Position numbers and translations under genes: made by a program. 43,375 nucleotides of DNA, from positions 1-43,375 of the forward strand of contig DASRGZ010000079.1 in NCBI GenBank assembly GCA_035650735.1, written 5' to 3'. This document shows positions 8,434-19,031 of the stretch, piece after piece. The notes beneath the pieces are model-generated. The model was not told where the DNA came from. It ran no database searches and saw only the letters and a list, made by a program, of their open reading frames with translations. Source of the DNA: Chthonomonadaceae bacterium. Lineage in GTDB: Bacteria; Armatimonadota; Chthonomonadetes; Chthonomonadales; Chthonomonadaceae. The stretch's first letter is position 1, and every line of letters starts with the position of its first letter.

Positions 8434-8460
8434 GGCAGAGCAAGAAAACTTTGCTCTGCC
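8434..8460. terminator. Hairpin / possible terminator
   Basis: GGCAGAGCAA-N7-TTGCTCTGCC perfect 10-bp stem. Confidence 0.45.
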
Positions 8461-8462
8461 TA

Positions 8463-8522
8463 TTGACATCGGCTGTGGAGTGTGTTATGTTTAGACAGAC
8501 CCTTACGCTAATCGCTTGCCTA
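8463..8522 (+). promoter_or_regulatory. lacI-family gene promoter plus operator 1
   Basis: TTGACA (8463-8468), 17 nt, TG-T-TATGTT (-10 at 8486-8491). Operator GCTAATCGCTTGCCTA at 8507-8522. Confidence 0.75.
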
Positions 8523-8618
8523 ACTTTCTGCGACAGCCGTAGAAGCTAGTCGAGCGCGGCCTGTGTATCTCTCTTCAACACAGAATCATTCCTACTGGCA
8601 CTTGCGAGGAGGCAGATT

Positions 8619-9620
8619 TTGGCAGTGACGCTGGCGGATGTAGCCAAACGGGCGGGTGTTTCCGTGGCGACCGCGTCCCGAGTTTTGAATAATAAGATGG
8701 TGATGCCGATCCCGCCGACCACCGTCGCCCGTATTAAGCAGGCGGCGGAGGAACTTCAGTACCTGCCGAATGCGATAGCGCGCGCGCTGGCGACCGGTAA
8801 GACGCGCACCCTGGGCCTTTACAGCCAGGAGATGACCGACCCGCATTTCGCGCAGATGCTGGAGGCGGCGGAAGCGAAGGCGCGCTCCCTCGGATTCCAT
8901 CTGATCGTTTCCAGCACCCTGGAAGAGGTCTCGTGGCGCGGGCGCGTGGATGGCATTGTGGCGCTTGGCGCTCCCGACCAGCCGCAATTTGAGGGACTGG
9001 CAGACCGCCTTTCCACCGTTTTTGTGTTTCATGCTTCTCAGCCGAAGCCGAACCTGGTGGCCTGGAGCGACGAAGAGGGCATGTATCTGGCGACCCGGCA
9101 TCTGCTGGAGCTTGGACATCGCAAGATCGCCGCGCTCTTCTGTTATGGCGAAGAGAGGTCGCAACCGAAAGTGGCCGGTTTTCGCCGAGCCATCGCAGAG
9201 GAGGGAGCCGAAAGCATCGAGTGCTGGCAGGCGTATAAGACGGATCAGACCATACACGGCAATCAGTTTGAAAACGGCTATCGCTCCGTGCAGCAGCTCT
9301 GCCAGGAAAGACGCGATTTTACCGGACTGGTGGCGCGCAACGATTTTCTGGCGCTGGGCGCGCTTCGTGCGTTGCGCGCTGCCGGAGCGGTTGTTCCCGA
9401 AGATGTCTCGGTCATCGGCTATACCGACAGTATTCACGCGGTCTGCGCCGATCCGCCGCTGACTTCGGTGCGCACGCCGATTGCGGAAGCCGGGGAGATG
9501 GCCATAGAACGGCTGGTGCGCTCCATCGAAGGCAAAGAGGCCGATTTCGAGGGCGTCTTGCTGCCGACGACGCTGACCGTGCGCCACTCCTGCGCGCCGC
9601 CTTCCGAGCGCGCCCGGTAG
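8619..9620 (+). CDS. LacI-family transcriptional regulator
   Basis: TTG start with AGGAGG RBS. TLADVAKRAGVSVATASRVLN HTH, YLPNAIARAL hinge, VPEDVSVIGY and PPLTSV motifs. Confidence 0.95.
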   Translation: MAVTLADVAKRAGVSVATASRVLNNKMVMPIPPTTVARIKQAAEELQYLPNAIARALATGKTRTLGLYSQEMTDPHFAQMLEAAEAKARSLGFHLIVSSTLEEVSWRGRVDGIVALGAPDQPQFEGLADRLSTVFVFHASQPKPNLVAWSDEEGMYLATRHLLELGHRKIAALFCYGEERSQPKVAGFRRAIAEEGAESIECWQAYKTDQTIHGNQFENGYRSVQQLCQERRDFTGLVARNDFLALGALRALRAAGAVVPEDVSVIGYTDSIHAVCADPPLTSVRTPIAEAGEMAIERLVRSIEGKEADFEGVLLPTTLTVRHSCAPPSERAR

Positions 9621-9746
9621 ATCAGGGCCATCGCAGGATACGCTTTCCCTTCCCAATCGGAGCAGGCGAACATCCCTGTAATAAGATTCAGAGGCGATGG
9701 CCCTACCCGGTAGATTTAGCAGCATCCCTACTTCGGATAGTCCACT

Positions 9747-12700
9747 ATGCAGAGAGGGTCCAAAATCACGCGCAGGCAGTTTGTTCGTCAGGCGGCTTAC
9801 GCAGCGGCCGCTTTGAGTCTCTCCGCCCCCGCCGACGCGCTGCGTTCGGAGGCTCTGCTGGAAGTAACCGACTGGCAGCAGGCGCAACAGGTGGGCTGGA
9901 CGTTCGGGGATAGCCGGGACGGACGGCACGACGGGCAGATCACGGTCAGCGACAAGATCGCGCGCGTGCTGGATGATCAGGACGGAAAGCTGGGATGGGC
10001 CGAGTTAGCCTACCCGCAGCGCCTCTCCGTGCCGGAACGCTTCGCCGTGACCGTACGGATGCGTTTCCTGCACATCGGTCAGGACGACGGCAGCACCGGG
10101 CAAAAGTCGCATCTGCGCCTGCAACTGGGCGTCCACGCGCCGCACGGCGATTTCGGCCTCGGTTTTGCTTTTACCGGCGACCGCTATAAGCTTGACGACC
10201 AGCTGAAAATTTTCCGGACGAAAGACGCCTGGCACGACTGGCGGTTCGAGGTGGATACGCGCCGCAAGACGGTCGCCATGTTCCACGACGGCGAGTATGT
10301 CTGCCTGCATCATGGCGGGGCCGCGCAGGAGCCGGGCGTGCGGTTTCAGGTGCAGGGCGCTTCCGATGTCCCCGCCCACATCGAGATCGGGCGGTTAATA
10401 ATTGAGCCGTTGCCGCAAGAGATTGTGCCTTCTGTGCGGAAGCGTCCGCGCGAAACAGAGTTCACGCCCGGCGAATGGCCGATGTGGCGGCGCGATGTGC
10501 GCAATACGGCGTTCTCTCCGCTTGTCGGACACATCACGAAGCCGCATATCGCCTGGCAGATGCCGGTCGGCGGCGTGGCGAGCACGCCGCTCCTGTTCGA
10601 CGTGGATGGCGACGGACAGAAAGAGGCCGTTGTCAGCTATGGCGGCAACCTATCGGTCTATCGCCTGAACGGGACGCGGCTCTGGCAGGAGCGCGCCGAG
10701 AACGCGGTCGTGCATGGCGCGTTCGATCTGGATGAGGATGGCGAGCGCGAAATCCTCGTCTCGTCGGGTGTTCCCTCGCAGTTGCGTGTTCTGCGCGGTC
10801 GCGACGGCAAGACTCTTTATGCCTGCCCGCAGTTCCCGAAGGCGAGCATTATGGCGGTTCGCGTCGCCAAGATGAATCCGGCCAAAAAGGGACTGCAAGC
10901 GGTCGTCTGGGCGCCGCTCCATGAAAAGGGATTCTGCCTCTCCTTTGCCGAGGGCGCGGCCAACGCTACAGTAGACTACACGTTCGACTGGCAAATGACC
11001 GGGTTCACGCCGGTCGTCGCGCTGGTGGATATGGATAGAGATGGCCTGCCGGAGATCGTCATCGGCACGTATGATCGCGTTCTGATCGCCAATGGGCAGA
11101 CCGGCGCGCTGAAAATGAAGCTGAAAGCGCCGCTCGGCAGGAACTACGGCACGCTGGTCGTCAAGGACATTGACGGGGACGGCTACCCGGATGTCGTGCT
11201 GCTGGCCGATGTCCTGCGCGAGCATGTGGCCGTCGTTAAGAACGAAGCGGGCAAGTCGCTGCGGCTGCTCTGGGACAAGTTCTACGAGCAGAACTATCCC
11301 GAAGACCATTGCGCGCTGCGCGTGCTGACCGAGTCGGTAGACGACTTCGACGGCGACGGACAGACGGAGATAGTCTACTCGCTTTTCGACGACAGGACGG
11401 ACGCCCGATGGCATACGCTCGTCGTGGACGCGGTTTCCGGCAAAATAAAGGCCGATCTTGCCGGGCGGTATCTTGTGGGGGCGGGCGCGCTCTTTCCCGA
11501 CAGCCCGCCGGTCGTATTTCTCTCCGCGCCCGCCAGTCGCAACGACCTGCATCTCGATAACCTATCTCTCTGGAGCGGCAAAGGCGGCGTCTGGCAGGAA
11601 CAGGCGAAGCTGCCGACCGGAACGCTGGTCGCCGCGAGCTCCGCCGCCGACTTTCCGCTGAACACCTGGGGGCAGGTCAGCGGGATTGCTACGGGAACGC
11701 CGACGCGCGTGCTGCAAACGCTGCCGGGGGGAGAGTCGGGCGTGTTCCTGGCGCGCTCCGGCAAGAAGGGACAGGCGCGGTCCGTCGTCTTCTTGATCGG
11801 AGACCGGGCGGGTCAGCTTCAGACGGCCTGGCAGGGCCGGCTGCCCGCCGATCTGCCTTCCGGCACGCTCCTCCATGTCGAGCCGATGGCTGCCGGAACG
11901 GAGGCGCTGCACACGCTGTATTCGGGGGCAGACGGCGTGGTGCGCGTTTTCAGTCCGCAGGGCGAACTGGCGGGAAGCATCGAGGCGCACGCCGGATTTG
12001 TGACGGCTCCGGTCGTGGCCAAGCTGCGGCCCGATGCGCCGCCTTCAGTACTCTACCTGGATACAAAGGGCGAGGTCTGCTGCCTCCAGGCGCCGCGCGG
12101 CCGCGGCACGCCGGAAAAACGGTGGGCGCGGCCTTCACTCCGCTCGCCGGAGATACCTCTGATCGGGCAACTGCGCCCGCTCGGCTGCCCCTGCATTCCG
12201 GTCGTTGCGGCCCTGAGCCGGAAAAGCGAACGGGAGATTCTAATTGCGCAGGAGCCGGATCGTCTGGTCGCCCTGAACGCGGAGGGGAAGCCGATGCGCG
12301 TCTGGAAACTGCCCTCGCTGCCGGTCGCCTGGAACTACGGCGATTTCGACGGCGACGACGCGCTCGATCTGTTCGTGACGCATAAAGTCGGCATGTGGGT
12401 GGATTTTGAAAGCGTCGCGTTGGCCGGAAAGGACGGCAGACCGCTCTGGCGCTCACACTGCGGCAACGGCCCCGCCGCCATCTACGACCTGGACGACAAC
12501 GGCATAGACGATGTGACGCTGCGCGACCTGTATGAGCATCGGACGCTGAACGGGCGCACTGGACGCGATCTCTACCCGATCACGCAGTGGGCCGGATATC
12601 ACACCCCGGCTATCGTCTCGCTCGACGGCCCGGACAAGCCGCCGGGCGTGGTCTGGACGGGCGGTAACTACTCGCTGGTCGTCGAAGATTTGGCAGGCAG

Positions 12701-13145
12701 GCAGCGCTGGTGGAAGCCGTTCATCGCGACCGGCCTCGAAGCCATTGCCGATGTGGATGGTGATGGACAGATGGAGATCGGGGGTGTCACGGCGGGGCAG
12801 CTCTACAACTGGCCGCAGTTCTATCCGGTAGACGGCCCGAACCGGGAATTCCTCTGCATTGAAGCGGCGACCGGCCAGGTGAAATGGACGTATCCGCTCG
12901 GCGTGACGGCCTCGGCGGTCGTCAGTGCGGATGTGGACGGCGACGGCAAGGCGGAGTTTGTGTTCGGAACCCAGGATGGCCGGCTGATGGCGCTGCGCGG
13001 CGGTTCGGAAGCGGCAGAGCGCGTGGTCTGGGAACTGCCGTTTCCGGCGGCGCTCGGGATGCCGGTTCCCTGCGACGTGGACGACGACGGAGCGATGGAG
13101 ATCCTGGTCAGTTGCGCCGACGGCAATCTCTATTGCGTGAAATAG
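9747..13145 (+). CDS. Tat-exported FG-GAP/VCBS-repeat beta-propeller protein with an extra N-terminal domain (paralog 1)
   Basis: TRRQFVR Tat motif. Many DxDGDG repeats. WPMWRRD..NT PQQ-like propeller start. Confidence 0.8.
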   Translation: MQRGSKITRRQFVRQAAYAAAALSLSAPADALRSEALLEVTDWQQAQQVGWTFGDSRDGRHDGQITVSDKIARVLDDQDGKLGWAELAYPQRLSVPERFAVTVRMRFLHIGQDDGSTGQKSHLRLQLGVHAPHGDFGLGFAFTGDRYKLDDQLKIFRTKDAWHDWRFEVDTRRKTVAMFHDGEYVCLHHGGAAQEPGVRFQVQGASDVPAHIEIGRLIIEPLPQEIVPSVRKRPRETEFTPGEWPMWRRDVRNTAFSPLVGHITKPHIAWQMPVGGVASTPLLFDVDGDGQKEAVVSYGGNLSVYRLNGTRLWQERAENAVVHGAFDLDEDGEREILVSSGVPSQLRVLRGRDGKTLYACPQFPKASIMAVRVAKMNPAKKGLQAVVWAPLHEKGFCLSFAEGAANATVDYTFDWQMTGFTPVVALVDMDRDGLPEIVIGTYDRVLIANGQTGALKMKLKAPLGRNYGTLVVKDIDGDGYPDVVLLADVLREHVAVVKNEAGKSLRLLWDKFYEQNYPEDHCALRVLTESVDDFDGDGQTEIVYSLFDDRTDARWHTLVVDAVSGKIKADLAGRYLVGAGALFPDSPPVVFLSAPASRNDLHLDNLSLWSGKGGVWQEQAKLPTGTLVAASSAADFPLNTWGQVSGIATGTPTRVLQTLPGGESGVFLARSGKKGQARSVVFLIGDRAGQLQTAWQGRLPADLPSGTLLHVEPMAAGTEALHTLYSGADGVVRVFSPQGELAGSIEAHAGFVTAPVVAKLRPDAPPSVLYLDTKGEVCCLQAPRGRGTPEKRWARPSLRSPEIPLIGQLRPLGCPCIPVVAALSRKSEREILIAQEPDRLVALNAEGKPMRVWKLPSLPVAWNYGDFDGDDALDLFVTHKVGMWVDFESVALAGKDGRPLWRSHCGNGPAAIYDLDDNGIDDVTLRDLYEHRTLNGRTGRDLYPITQWAGYHTPAIVSLDGPDKPPGVVWTGGNYSLVVEDLAGRQRWWKPFIATGLEAIADVDGDGQMEIGGVTAGQLYNWPQFYPVDGPNREFLCIEAATGQVKWTYPLGVTASAVVSADVDGDGKAEFVFGTQDGRLMALRGGSEAAERVVWELPFPAALGMPVPCDVDDDGAMEILVSCADGNLYCVK

Positions 13146-13223
13146 CTCTGCCGGGCATTAAAAGCGCCCGTGCAGTGACCACAGAGATCGGTAATTTCCG
13201 TACCCGGAGATAAGGATACGCTC

Positions 13224-14003
13224 ATGCACATCACACTGCCCGTTCAATTCTATCGTGCCGTGCCGACTTCCCACCCGGAGGGGCATGTCCGGGAAGACTG
13301 GACGCTCGACCTGAACAAGACGGCCTTTGTCGCGCTGCACTGCTGGAATGTCGGCGCGCCCGACGGCCCGCCTGTGCCGGAGGACTACTGGGTGGACCTC
13401 GGCTCACCGCAGAACCACGAACTGGGCTGGCAGGTACTGACCGATGCGCTCGTTCCGGCGCTGGCGGCGGCTCGGGGGGCCGGAATGCCGGTCGTGCATG
13501 TACAGTCGGAACTCATCGGCAGACGCTATCCGCACCTTCAGCCGCCGATGCCTCCACGAGAAGCGCAGCCGGTACACGGCTGGTCTCCCGTCTCCGATCA
13601 TGCCTCGCATCGCGCCGCGCGCGTGCATGGCGCGGGCTTTATGGAGTGGGAGGGATGGAAGCAACTGGACGCGCCTGGCCCTGCAAAGCCGCTCGACACG
13701 GAGCCAGTGGTCGTCGCAACGGATCAGTTCGACGCCTGGCTGCGTGAGAAGGGGATAGATACGCTTATCTATACGGGCTTTGCGACGAATCTGTGTATTC
13801 TGGACGCGCCTGCGGGCATGAAGCCGATGGCCGGATTGGGATATCGCTGCGTGCTTCTGCGGGAGGCGACGCTTGCCGTCGAGTTCCCGGAAACCATGCA
13901 GGAGCGAATCCATACCCAGACCGCCCTGCGCTATATCGAAGCCTGGGTCGGCTACACGGCCAGCGTCCGCGATTTTATCCTTCGCCTTTCTGCGCGCCGA
14001 TGA
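13224..14003 (+). CDS. Isochorismatase-like cysteine hydrolase
   Basis: LDLNKTAFV..CWN, AARGAGMPVVH, GIDTLIYTGFATNLC and GYRCVLLREAT motifs. Confidence 0.8.
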   Translation: MHITLPVQFYRAVPTSHPEGHVREDWTLDLNKTAFVALHCWNVGAPDGPPVPEDYWVDLGSPQNHELGWQVLTDALVPALAAARGAGMPVVHVQSELIGRRYPHLQPPMPPREAQPVHGWSPVSDHASHRAARVHGAGFMEWEGWKQLDAPGPAKPLDTEPVVVATDQFDAWLREKGIDTLIYTGFATNLCILDAPAGMKPMAGLGYRCVLLREATLAVEFPETMQERIHTQTALRYIEAWVGYTASVRDFILRLSARR

Positions 14004-14215
14004 GAGCGCTGCGCCGCTGCTGACGACAGAAGAACGTCTTGCCTTGCCGCCTCAGTTGATCCTCTCCTAGTGCCATGCGTGCCTAGATGGCGTGTACAAA
14101 GTCCCGCCCGAAGAGCGCGCCGCCTCTCTAGGGCGTCCGCCCGATATGACCCGCCCGGAGTGGATGGCTCTACCGGCGACCCTGACCTCTTGATCGAGAT
14201 GGGAGTGAGCCGCAG

Positions 14216-16237
14216 ATGTCGGTCGTACCGCGTCCTATGACCCAGGAGCCAGAATCGGACACCCCGGAGATTACAGCCGCGCCTCTGCCGGGCCGACGCG
14301 CGCTCGCGGCGATGGCGTTCGGCGTCGTCTATATTCTTCTGGTCGCGCTGGCCGTGCGCTACACGGAGATGGTGACCGGGCGCTACGTCAGTCACGGCGT
14401 GCCGCCCCTGCCGGCCTTTGCCGCCATTCTGCTGCTCAGCCTGCTGCGTCCCGTTCTCCGCCGCTTTGCGCCGCGCCTGACACCCTCGCACGGCCAGATG
14501 CTGCTCGTCTACGCGATGGTCGCGACCGCCACGATCCTGATGGGAGCCTACCATATCCGCGCCTTCCTGCCCCATCTGGTGGCCATGCAGTACTGGAGCA
14601 AGGATACGCCCGCGCTGGCCGAGTATGCGAAGTATCTGCCCTCCTGGCTGGTTCCCCACGATGCCGAGGCGATCCGGCGCTACTATGAGAGCGACCGGAA
14701 CGGCGTGATTCCCTGGAGCGTCTGGATACCGCCGCTGTTCTGGTGGAGTCTGTTTCTGCTGGCCATCTTCCTGGGAGCCTTCAGCCTGATTACCCTAATT
14801 CAGCGCCGCTGGATTCGGGAGGAGCGCCTGACCTTTCCCCTGCTCGCCATCCCGCTCGCCGTTTCCTCCGACGACTGGTCTTCGTATGGCGGCACGGCGG
14901 GCCGTCGGCGCGCGCTGTTCTTGCTGGGGCTGGCGATTCCGGCGCTGTTTAACGGCCTCAACATCCTGCATGTGCTGGTTCCTTCGGTCCCTTCGCCCGG
15001 CTTCTATCAAAGCTTCCATGACTACTTCCCGGATCGTCCCTGGCAGCCTTTCGGGCAGGTCTATATCTTCTATATGCTAGAAGCCATCGGCATCGGTTAC
15101 TTCGTGCCGCTGGAGATCAGCTTTTCGGTCTGGTTCTTCTACCTGCTCAATCGCCTGATGGCGGTGGCCGGATCGGCGGCAGGCTACGATGAGCCGGGCT
15201 TTCCCTTTACGCAGGAGCAGGCTGCCGGGGGCTACATCGCGATGGGACTGCTGCTGCTGTGGGGGCTGCGCCGCGCGCTGGCGCGCAGCCTGAAGCGCGC
15301 GTTTGGGTCCCTGGCCGCCACGTCGGACACCGCGCAGGAGCGCTGGGCCTGGATCGGTCTGGTCGGCAGCACGCTGTTTATTTTGGGTTTCTGTCAGGTG
15401 GCGGGCTTCTCGCTCTATCTGGCCGTCCCTTACTTTGCCATCATCGGCCTGTTCGTGCTGGTCTTTGCGCGCATCCGGGCCGAAACCGGCGTGCCGTTCG
15501 GGTTCATCTATCCCTACAGTCTGCCGAAAGAAATGCTGCTCAATACGATCTCGATTTCGCGCGCCCTGAGTTGGGGTGGAACCGGCTCGTTCGTTCTGTT
15601 CTCCAGTCTGGCCTGGCTCTCGCGCCATCACCTGCCGGAGGAACATGCCGCCTATCAGCTTGACGGCGTGAAGCTGGCCGAGGCCGGGCGTATCCCTTAT
15701 CGCACAATGTTCGGCGCGCTGCTTCTGGCGTTCGTGGTCGGGTTGGTGGCCTCCTACTGGGTGCATCTGAGCGCCTACTACGCCATCGGCAGCAATCTGG
15801 CCGGAGGTGGCACGGGCACGGGGGAGTATCGCTCGATCGTCGCCTTGCAGGAGTACCAGCAGATGGCCTCCCGCATCAGTTCGCCGCCGAATCCGCAGCT
15901 TTCGCGCACGTTCGCCACGTTCGGCGGCTTTGCGTTCGTCTGCATCCTGACCGCGCTGCGCACGCATCTGCTGCGGATGCCGCTCCATCCGCTCGGCTTC
16001 CTCATCGCAACGGCCTATGGCGACTCCGGCACGGCCTGGTTCCCGCTGGGAATCGCCTGGGCTTGCAAAGCGACCATTCTGCGCATAGGCGGCCTGAAAA
16101 TGTACCGGCAGGGCATTCCGTTCTTCCTGGGGATCGCCATCGGCCACTTCTTTATCGCGGGCATCTTCTGGCCGGTGCTGAGCCTGTTCATCACCCGTGA
16201 GGCGAGCCAGGGCTATCATCTCTATTTTGGTGGGTAG
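14216..16237 (+). CDS. Polytopic membrane protein, DUF6785/DUF6784-like putative permease
   Basis: About 15 hydrophobic segments. W...ERLTFPL, RIRAETG, PLHPLGF and K..ILRIGG...YRQ..PFFLG motifs. Confidence 0.75.
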   Translation: MSVVPRPMTQEPESDTPEITAAPLPGRRALAAMAFGVVYILLVALAVRYTEMVTGRYVSHGVPPLPAFAAILLLSLLRPVLRRFAPRLTPSHGQMLLVYAMVATATILMGAYHIRAFLPHLVAMQYWSKDTPALAEYAKYLPSWLVPHDAEAIRRYYESDRNGVIPWSVWIPPLFWWSLFLLAIFLGAFSLITLIQRRWIREERLTFPLLAIPLAVSSDDWSSYGGTAGRRRALFLLGLAIPALFNGLNILHVLVPSVPSPGFYQSFHDYFPDRPWQPFGQVYIFYMLEAIGIGYFVPLEISFSVWFFYLLNRLMAVAGSAAGYDEPGFPFTQEQAAGGYIAMGLLLLWGLRRALARSLKRAFGSLAATSDTAQERWAWIGLVGSTLFILGFCQVAGFSLYLAVPYFAIIGLFVLVFARIRAETGVPFGFIYPYSLPKEMLLNTISISRALSWGGTGSFVLFSSLAWLSRHHLPEEHAAYQLDGVKLAEAGRIPYRTMFGALLLAFVVGLVASYWVHLSAYYAIGSNLAGGGTGTGEYRSIVALQEYQQMASRISSPPNPQLSRTFATFGGFAFVCILTALRTHLLRMPLHPLGFLIATAYGDSGTAWFPLGIAWACKATILRIGGLKMYRQGIPFFLGIAIGHFFIAGIFWPVLSLFITREASQGYHLYFGG

Positions 16238-16250
16238 AGCGCAAAAAAGG

Positions 16251-16320
16251 CCCCTCATCCCCCGATCCCTTCTCCCTGTTTCCCGCTTCGCGGCAGGAGA
16301 GGGGGCTAGGGAGTGAGGGG
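16251..16320. repeat. GC-rich palindromic intergenic repeat (CCCTCAYCCC...CTCCC/GGGAGAGGG family)
   Basis: Imperfect long hairpin. Related copies at 19032-19071, 19236-19278, 26663-26710 and 33971-34070. Confidence 0.7.
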
Positions 16321-16348
16321 AGAGGCTTGAAGGAGTTGAACTCGGACC

Positions 16349-19015
16349 ATGTTCAGGCAGAATAGCGTCACGATCTTGTGTTGGAGCGCGGTGCTTTTTG
16401 CGTTGGCGGCACAGGCGTTCGGGCAATCGCCGCCGCGCGGGCTGTGGCTGCTGCCGCGTAAGGATGCCCAGAATACCGCGCGGGCCGATGTGCCGGGGAA
16501 GATGAAGACCGCACCGAAAGAGGTCTGGGCCTACGGCGGCGTTGCTGACAGCTATGCGTTCGCGAGTCCGGTGCAGGTGGGAGGCAAAGCCGCCTTCTTT
16601 GTCCAGGTGCGCTCCGGGCTGAAACTGGTACGGGCGGACGGCGTTAAGGTCTGGAACCGTCCGGTGCTCGGCGTCAGCGCCGTCGTTGCTCTCCTGGACT
16701 TTGGCGGGAAGCCGAAGGCCGCCGCGCTCGCTACGATAGGCAAAGACGGCTTTGCCCTGTTCGATGTGGCGACCGGCAAGACGCTCTGGAACTGGTCGCT
16801 GCCGCTCAACACCTACCTGGGAGCCTATAAGCTGCTGCGCGAGAAGGCCGGCGCGCGGCTGTTCGTCTTTCCGCAGGACTCGCTCTCCGGCGTCTGCTTC
16901 ACGTTCCATGCCAACGAATCGAAGCCTCGGTTGCTCTGGGAGAACACCTATCCCAACACCTACTGGCAGAATTTCGGCCCGGCGTTCGCGCTGGCGGATA
17001 TGGACAATGACGGCAGGCTCGATATTGTGGTGGCCGGAAAGCCGGGCTATATGGGCGTCATTGATGCCGACACCGGCAAACTCAAATTCGATCTCCACTA
17101 CGGGATTCCGGGCGAAGCGAGTCTGGGTCGCCCCTACGGGCTGCTGCAAGTCGGAGATATGGACGGCGACGGCTATAACGATGTCGTCATGGTCTCTTGC
17201 CAGGTCGAGGAGTATATCGCTGTCATCCACAATGAGCGCGGCAAGGGATTGAAGTTAGCGTGGTCACAGTTCGTCGAGCACGACTTTCCTCACGATTTCC
17301 GCGAACTGCGCCCGAACGTGACCTCGCTGGCCGACCTGCACGGCGACGGCAAAAAGTCGCTGGTACTGGGCCTCTACAATATGGACGGCGACAATCGCTG
17401 GCATACGCTGGTCTTCGACGGCATGAAAGGCTTTCACGCCCGGCTTGCCGACCTGCCGGATCGCTTCTTCTGGGGCTGCTACGATCTGAACGGCGACGGT
17501 CGCCCCGAAATCATTACCTCAGAGGAAAAAGCGCGGCGTATCGCGGGCGTGACGACCGTGCAGGCCGTAGACAGCAGGACGTTCCAGGACATTGCGACGC
17601 TCGAGAAAACCTCCCTGCCGACTGCAAATCTGCCCCTGCCGGACGATACGACCTTCTTTTCCGCGCGCTTCACGCCTCTCTATCTGACGGAACCGGACGG
17701 CGCGAAGGGGCTGCTGGTGCGGCGCAGCGCGACCGGGCCGGAAGAACTCTGGCGGCTCGTGAACGGGAAGGCCGCCTTTACGCCGCTCCCGATGACGCCG
17801 CTCTCGCGTGTGGCGCTCTACTCGGACGGCTCCGGCAAAATCGGGCGGCGCGATCTCACCATCAAAGGCGAACACGAGGTCAAAACGCCTGCCGCCTCCG
17901 GCCCGCTCGTCACCATCGCGAACGGGAAGCGGGAACTGATCGTCTCCCTCTCCGACGGCACGATTCTCGGCGGCGTGCCCGATCTCTCCCGACGGGGCCG
18001 TTTCAAGACTTCTTGGAAAGTGCCGGGGACCGCGCCCGCCGTCTGGATCGGCCCGAACGGCGCGCGTGTCGTCTGCGCGATCTCGCCAACGGGCGACCGC
18101 ATCTTCCTCTATCAGCCGACTTCGGTCCGTCAGAGCGCCGCGCCGCCGGTCACGATCACCCCGCCCTGGCCGGTCTACAACTATGCCTGGACGCGCACCG
18201 CCCGAACCCTGCTGCCGTTCGGACAGGAGCAGATGCGGCTGTTCGTCAGCCTCCAGCGCGGCAGGCACGCGCTGACAGGCGTCCTCTACGATGCGAGCGG
18301 GAAGGAACTCTGGCGTGATCCGCTCGATGGGCCGTATCCGCGCACCGCCGCCATCGCCGATCTGCGGGGGCAGGAGACCATCATCTCGGATGATCACGGC
18401 AAGCAGATTTTTTACGATGAGAGCGGGAAAGGCCGCCTGATCGCGGAAGGCTGGACGAACGTGGTGCCGGGCCGCGCCGATGGCTCCAAGTACGCCGTCC
18501 CCATCATCGGCCCGTTCGGGCCGGGCGGCAGCACGCGGATCGTTATGGCGCCGGGGCTGGATTCGCTAGAAGTGCTGGACGCTTCGGGCGCGCGGCTTGC
18601 CAAACGGGACTATGCCGAACACTACGAATTCGAGTGGTGCGGCGCGGCGGTCGCGCAGATTCGCGGCCAGGGAACCTGGGATGTCGGCATGGTCAACGGG
18701 CAGGGCGTTTTCCACTGCGAGGACGTGAACACCTGCCGGACGCGCTGGACTCTCGACCTGGGCACGAAAGCGACGTTCCCCATCAATGTCGTCAGTGGCG
18801 ATCTCGACGGCGACGGGCGCGATAACTTCCTGGTCGGGCTGCCGAACGGGGAACTGCTGGCTCTGGATGAGAAGAACGGGCAGGGCGTCGTTCTCTGGAA
18901 GCTGACCTTTCCGGCAGGCGTGAAAGAGGCGATCCTGGCCGACATAGACGGCGACGGCCTGGCCGAGATCATCGTCGAGACGGACGACGGCCAGGTGCGA
19001 ATACTGAAAACGTGA
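16349..19015 (+). CDS. Sec-exported FG-GAP-repeat beta-propeller protein (paralog 2)
   Basis: AAGGAG RBS, signal peptide ending in AQA or AFG, many DxDGDG repeats, motifs shared with paralogs 1 and 3. Confidence 0.8.
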   Translation: MFRQNSVTILCWSAVLFALAAQAFGQSPPRGLWLLPRKDAQNTARADVPGKMKTAPKEVWAYGGVADSYAFASPVQVGGKAAFFVQVRSGLKLVRADGVKVWNRPVLGVSAVVALLDFGGKPKAAALATIGKDGFALFDVATGKTLWNWSLPLNTYLGAYKLLREKAGARLFVFPQDSLSGVCFTFHANESKPRLLWENTYPNTYWQNFGPAFALADMDNDGRLDIVVAGKPGYMGVIDADTGKLKFDLHYGIPGEASLGRPYGLLQVGDMDGDGYNDVVMVSCQVEEYIAVIHNERGKGLKLAWSQFVEHDFPHDFRELRPNVTSLADLHGDGKKSLVLGLYNMDGDNRWHTLVFDGMKGFHARLADLPDRFFWGCYDLNGDGRPEIITSEEKARRIAGVTTVQAVDSRTFQDIATLEKTSLPTANLPLPDDTTFFSARFTPLYLTEPDGAKGLLVRRSATGPEELWRLVNGKAAFTPLPMTPLSRVALYSDGSGKIGRRDLTIKGEHEVKTPAASGPLVTIANGKRELIVSLSDGTILGGVPDLSRRGRFKTSWKVPGTAPAVWIGPNGARVVCAISPTGDRIFLYQPTSVRQSAAPPVTITPPWPVYNYAWTRTARTLLPFGQEQMRLFVSLQRGRHALTGVLYDASGKELWRDPLDGPYPRTAAIADLRGQETIISDDHGKQIFYDESGKGRLIAEGWTNVVPGRADGSKYAVPIIGPFGPGGSTRIVMAPGLDSLEVLDASGARLAKRDYAEHYEFEWCGAAVAQIRGQGTWDVGMVNGQGVFHCEDVNTCRTRWTLDLGTKATFPINVVSGDLDGDGRDNFLVGLPNGELLALDEKNGQGVVLWKLTFPAGVKEAILADIDGDGLAEIIVETDDGQVRILKT

Positions 19016-19031
19016 TCGCCGTCCCTAATGG

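Noticed and set aside
15077..17230. Long antisense ORF of 717 aa (likewise 8592-9929, 38724-40280 and others)
   Set aside because: Expected in high-GC DNA opposite well-supported genes; no recognisable domains.
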